Shown here: positions 63,041-64,000 of the stretch, one piece after another
How positions within the stretch are numbered: the first letter of the stretch is position 1
Layout: each line of letters starts with the position of its first letter
Source: Bugula neritina
Lineage: Eukaryota; Animalia; Bryozoa
Assembly (NCBI GenBank): GCA_964035545.1
Contig: OZ037773.1
Coordinates: 2,385,751 to 2,449,750, forward strand
Reading direction: 5' to 3'
Length of the DNA: 64,000 nt
Program-made: the position numbers and the translations under genes
The notes under the pieces: model-generated
The model's input: the letters and a program-made list of their open reading frames with translations, nothing else
Told to the model about the DNA's origin: nothing
The model's database searches: none

Positions 63041-64000
63041 CAGAGAGAAATATTAGTGCAGCGCTTGCACTAAAGTTGTTCAAAGAGCCTTTTATTGTCA
63101 GTATAGCCTGCACCACACCTCTAATAGTTGTTAGACCTGCACTTATTTTGATGAAATTGAAAATTAATCCGGTTAGTGTAAGCTGAAAAATATTTTGTAG
63201 TAGCCCTGAAACCACTTAGTTGTTAAGTCAATGCTACTTTTCACAAGTATTACGTAATCATCATCCCTAGGTCTGAATGAAGCTAAACAGTAGTTGATAG
63301 GAGCAGAAAGTGAGATCAATGCTACAACTACATATGTTCAAGCAAAATTTTATTTACATAAGAATTATGGAACAATCGGCAGTTGTTCACCTAACAACAT
63401 TATTCGTTCACATGTGCACTAATGATGATCACAAACCTTTATAGGAAGCTAGGATAGAGTTGAACCCTACATTTTGGTCATTTCAATTGGTGCTTCCCAG
63501 TTAGATGCTATTTATACATTTTACGTGCAATTTATTTGAATACTATTGAAATATATGTGTATTTAAATAAATTTGAGTCAATTGTTTTTTATAATTGGCA
63601 CACAAATAAATTTCTTTGCTCTGCATAAACCTATTAATTTTGCATTTTCTATATTTTTTGTTTTTTGAAAAAATGTTATTATTAATGCATTTAATGCTTT
63701 TTTTCAACACAAATTTGGAAAAATTGAAATATTATTGCAAATATATCATATTATTGGTTATTTTATGTTTAGCAATTAATGTGAAAGTTATATAAGGGTT
63801 TATAGGTATATAATACTTAGTACCAAAACAAAAAATAAAACCTAACTGGAGAGCATATAAGTGGAATGAAACTCCTTCAACCTACTAGCTGTTTATGATT
63901 TCGAAATTTTTTTGAACCCAAGACATTTTCAAACAGCTTGTTACCAGACTACTATTAAACATTGCCCCACTCCGTTTATCAAAGACTTAAGTTGAATTTA

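Overview
AT-rich invertebrate (metazoan) genomic DNA, with no prokaryotic features. The window holds most of one unit of a ~46.6-kb tandem segmental duplication plus the start of the next (pos. 1 = pos. 46601). Host genes: two intronless rhodopsin-class GPCRs, a 12-exon ACP7-type purple acid phosphatase with one in-frame stop and a 7-nt microexon, a 3'-only ACP7 paralogue, and a divergent orphan histone H2B flanked by ~1-kb inverted repeats. The main finding is absent from the ORF track. Two intact copies (5268-6675 and 56371-57783, minus strand) of a spliced 4-exon, 160-aa chimeric gene use the H2B promoter, the first 23 H2B codons and the H2B 3' stem-loop. In place of the histone fold they encode a SANT/Myb-like domain resembling the NPAT-binding C-terminus of FLASH/GON4L. 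Upstream of each copy is a patchwork in which every recognisable piece is on the + strand: Polinton/adintovirus (pPolB, PW, gasderminoid-like, integrase), BEL/Pao, Gypsy, H2B and SANT-exon fragments. These are joined at recurrent breakpoints, several with microhomology. Also present: a young, internally deleted Gypsy LTR element, a Penelope-like element in (TA)n with a hammerhead ribozyme, MITEs, tRNA-derived SINEs and satellites. All protein assignments are from motif recognition by eye, not database searches.
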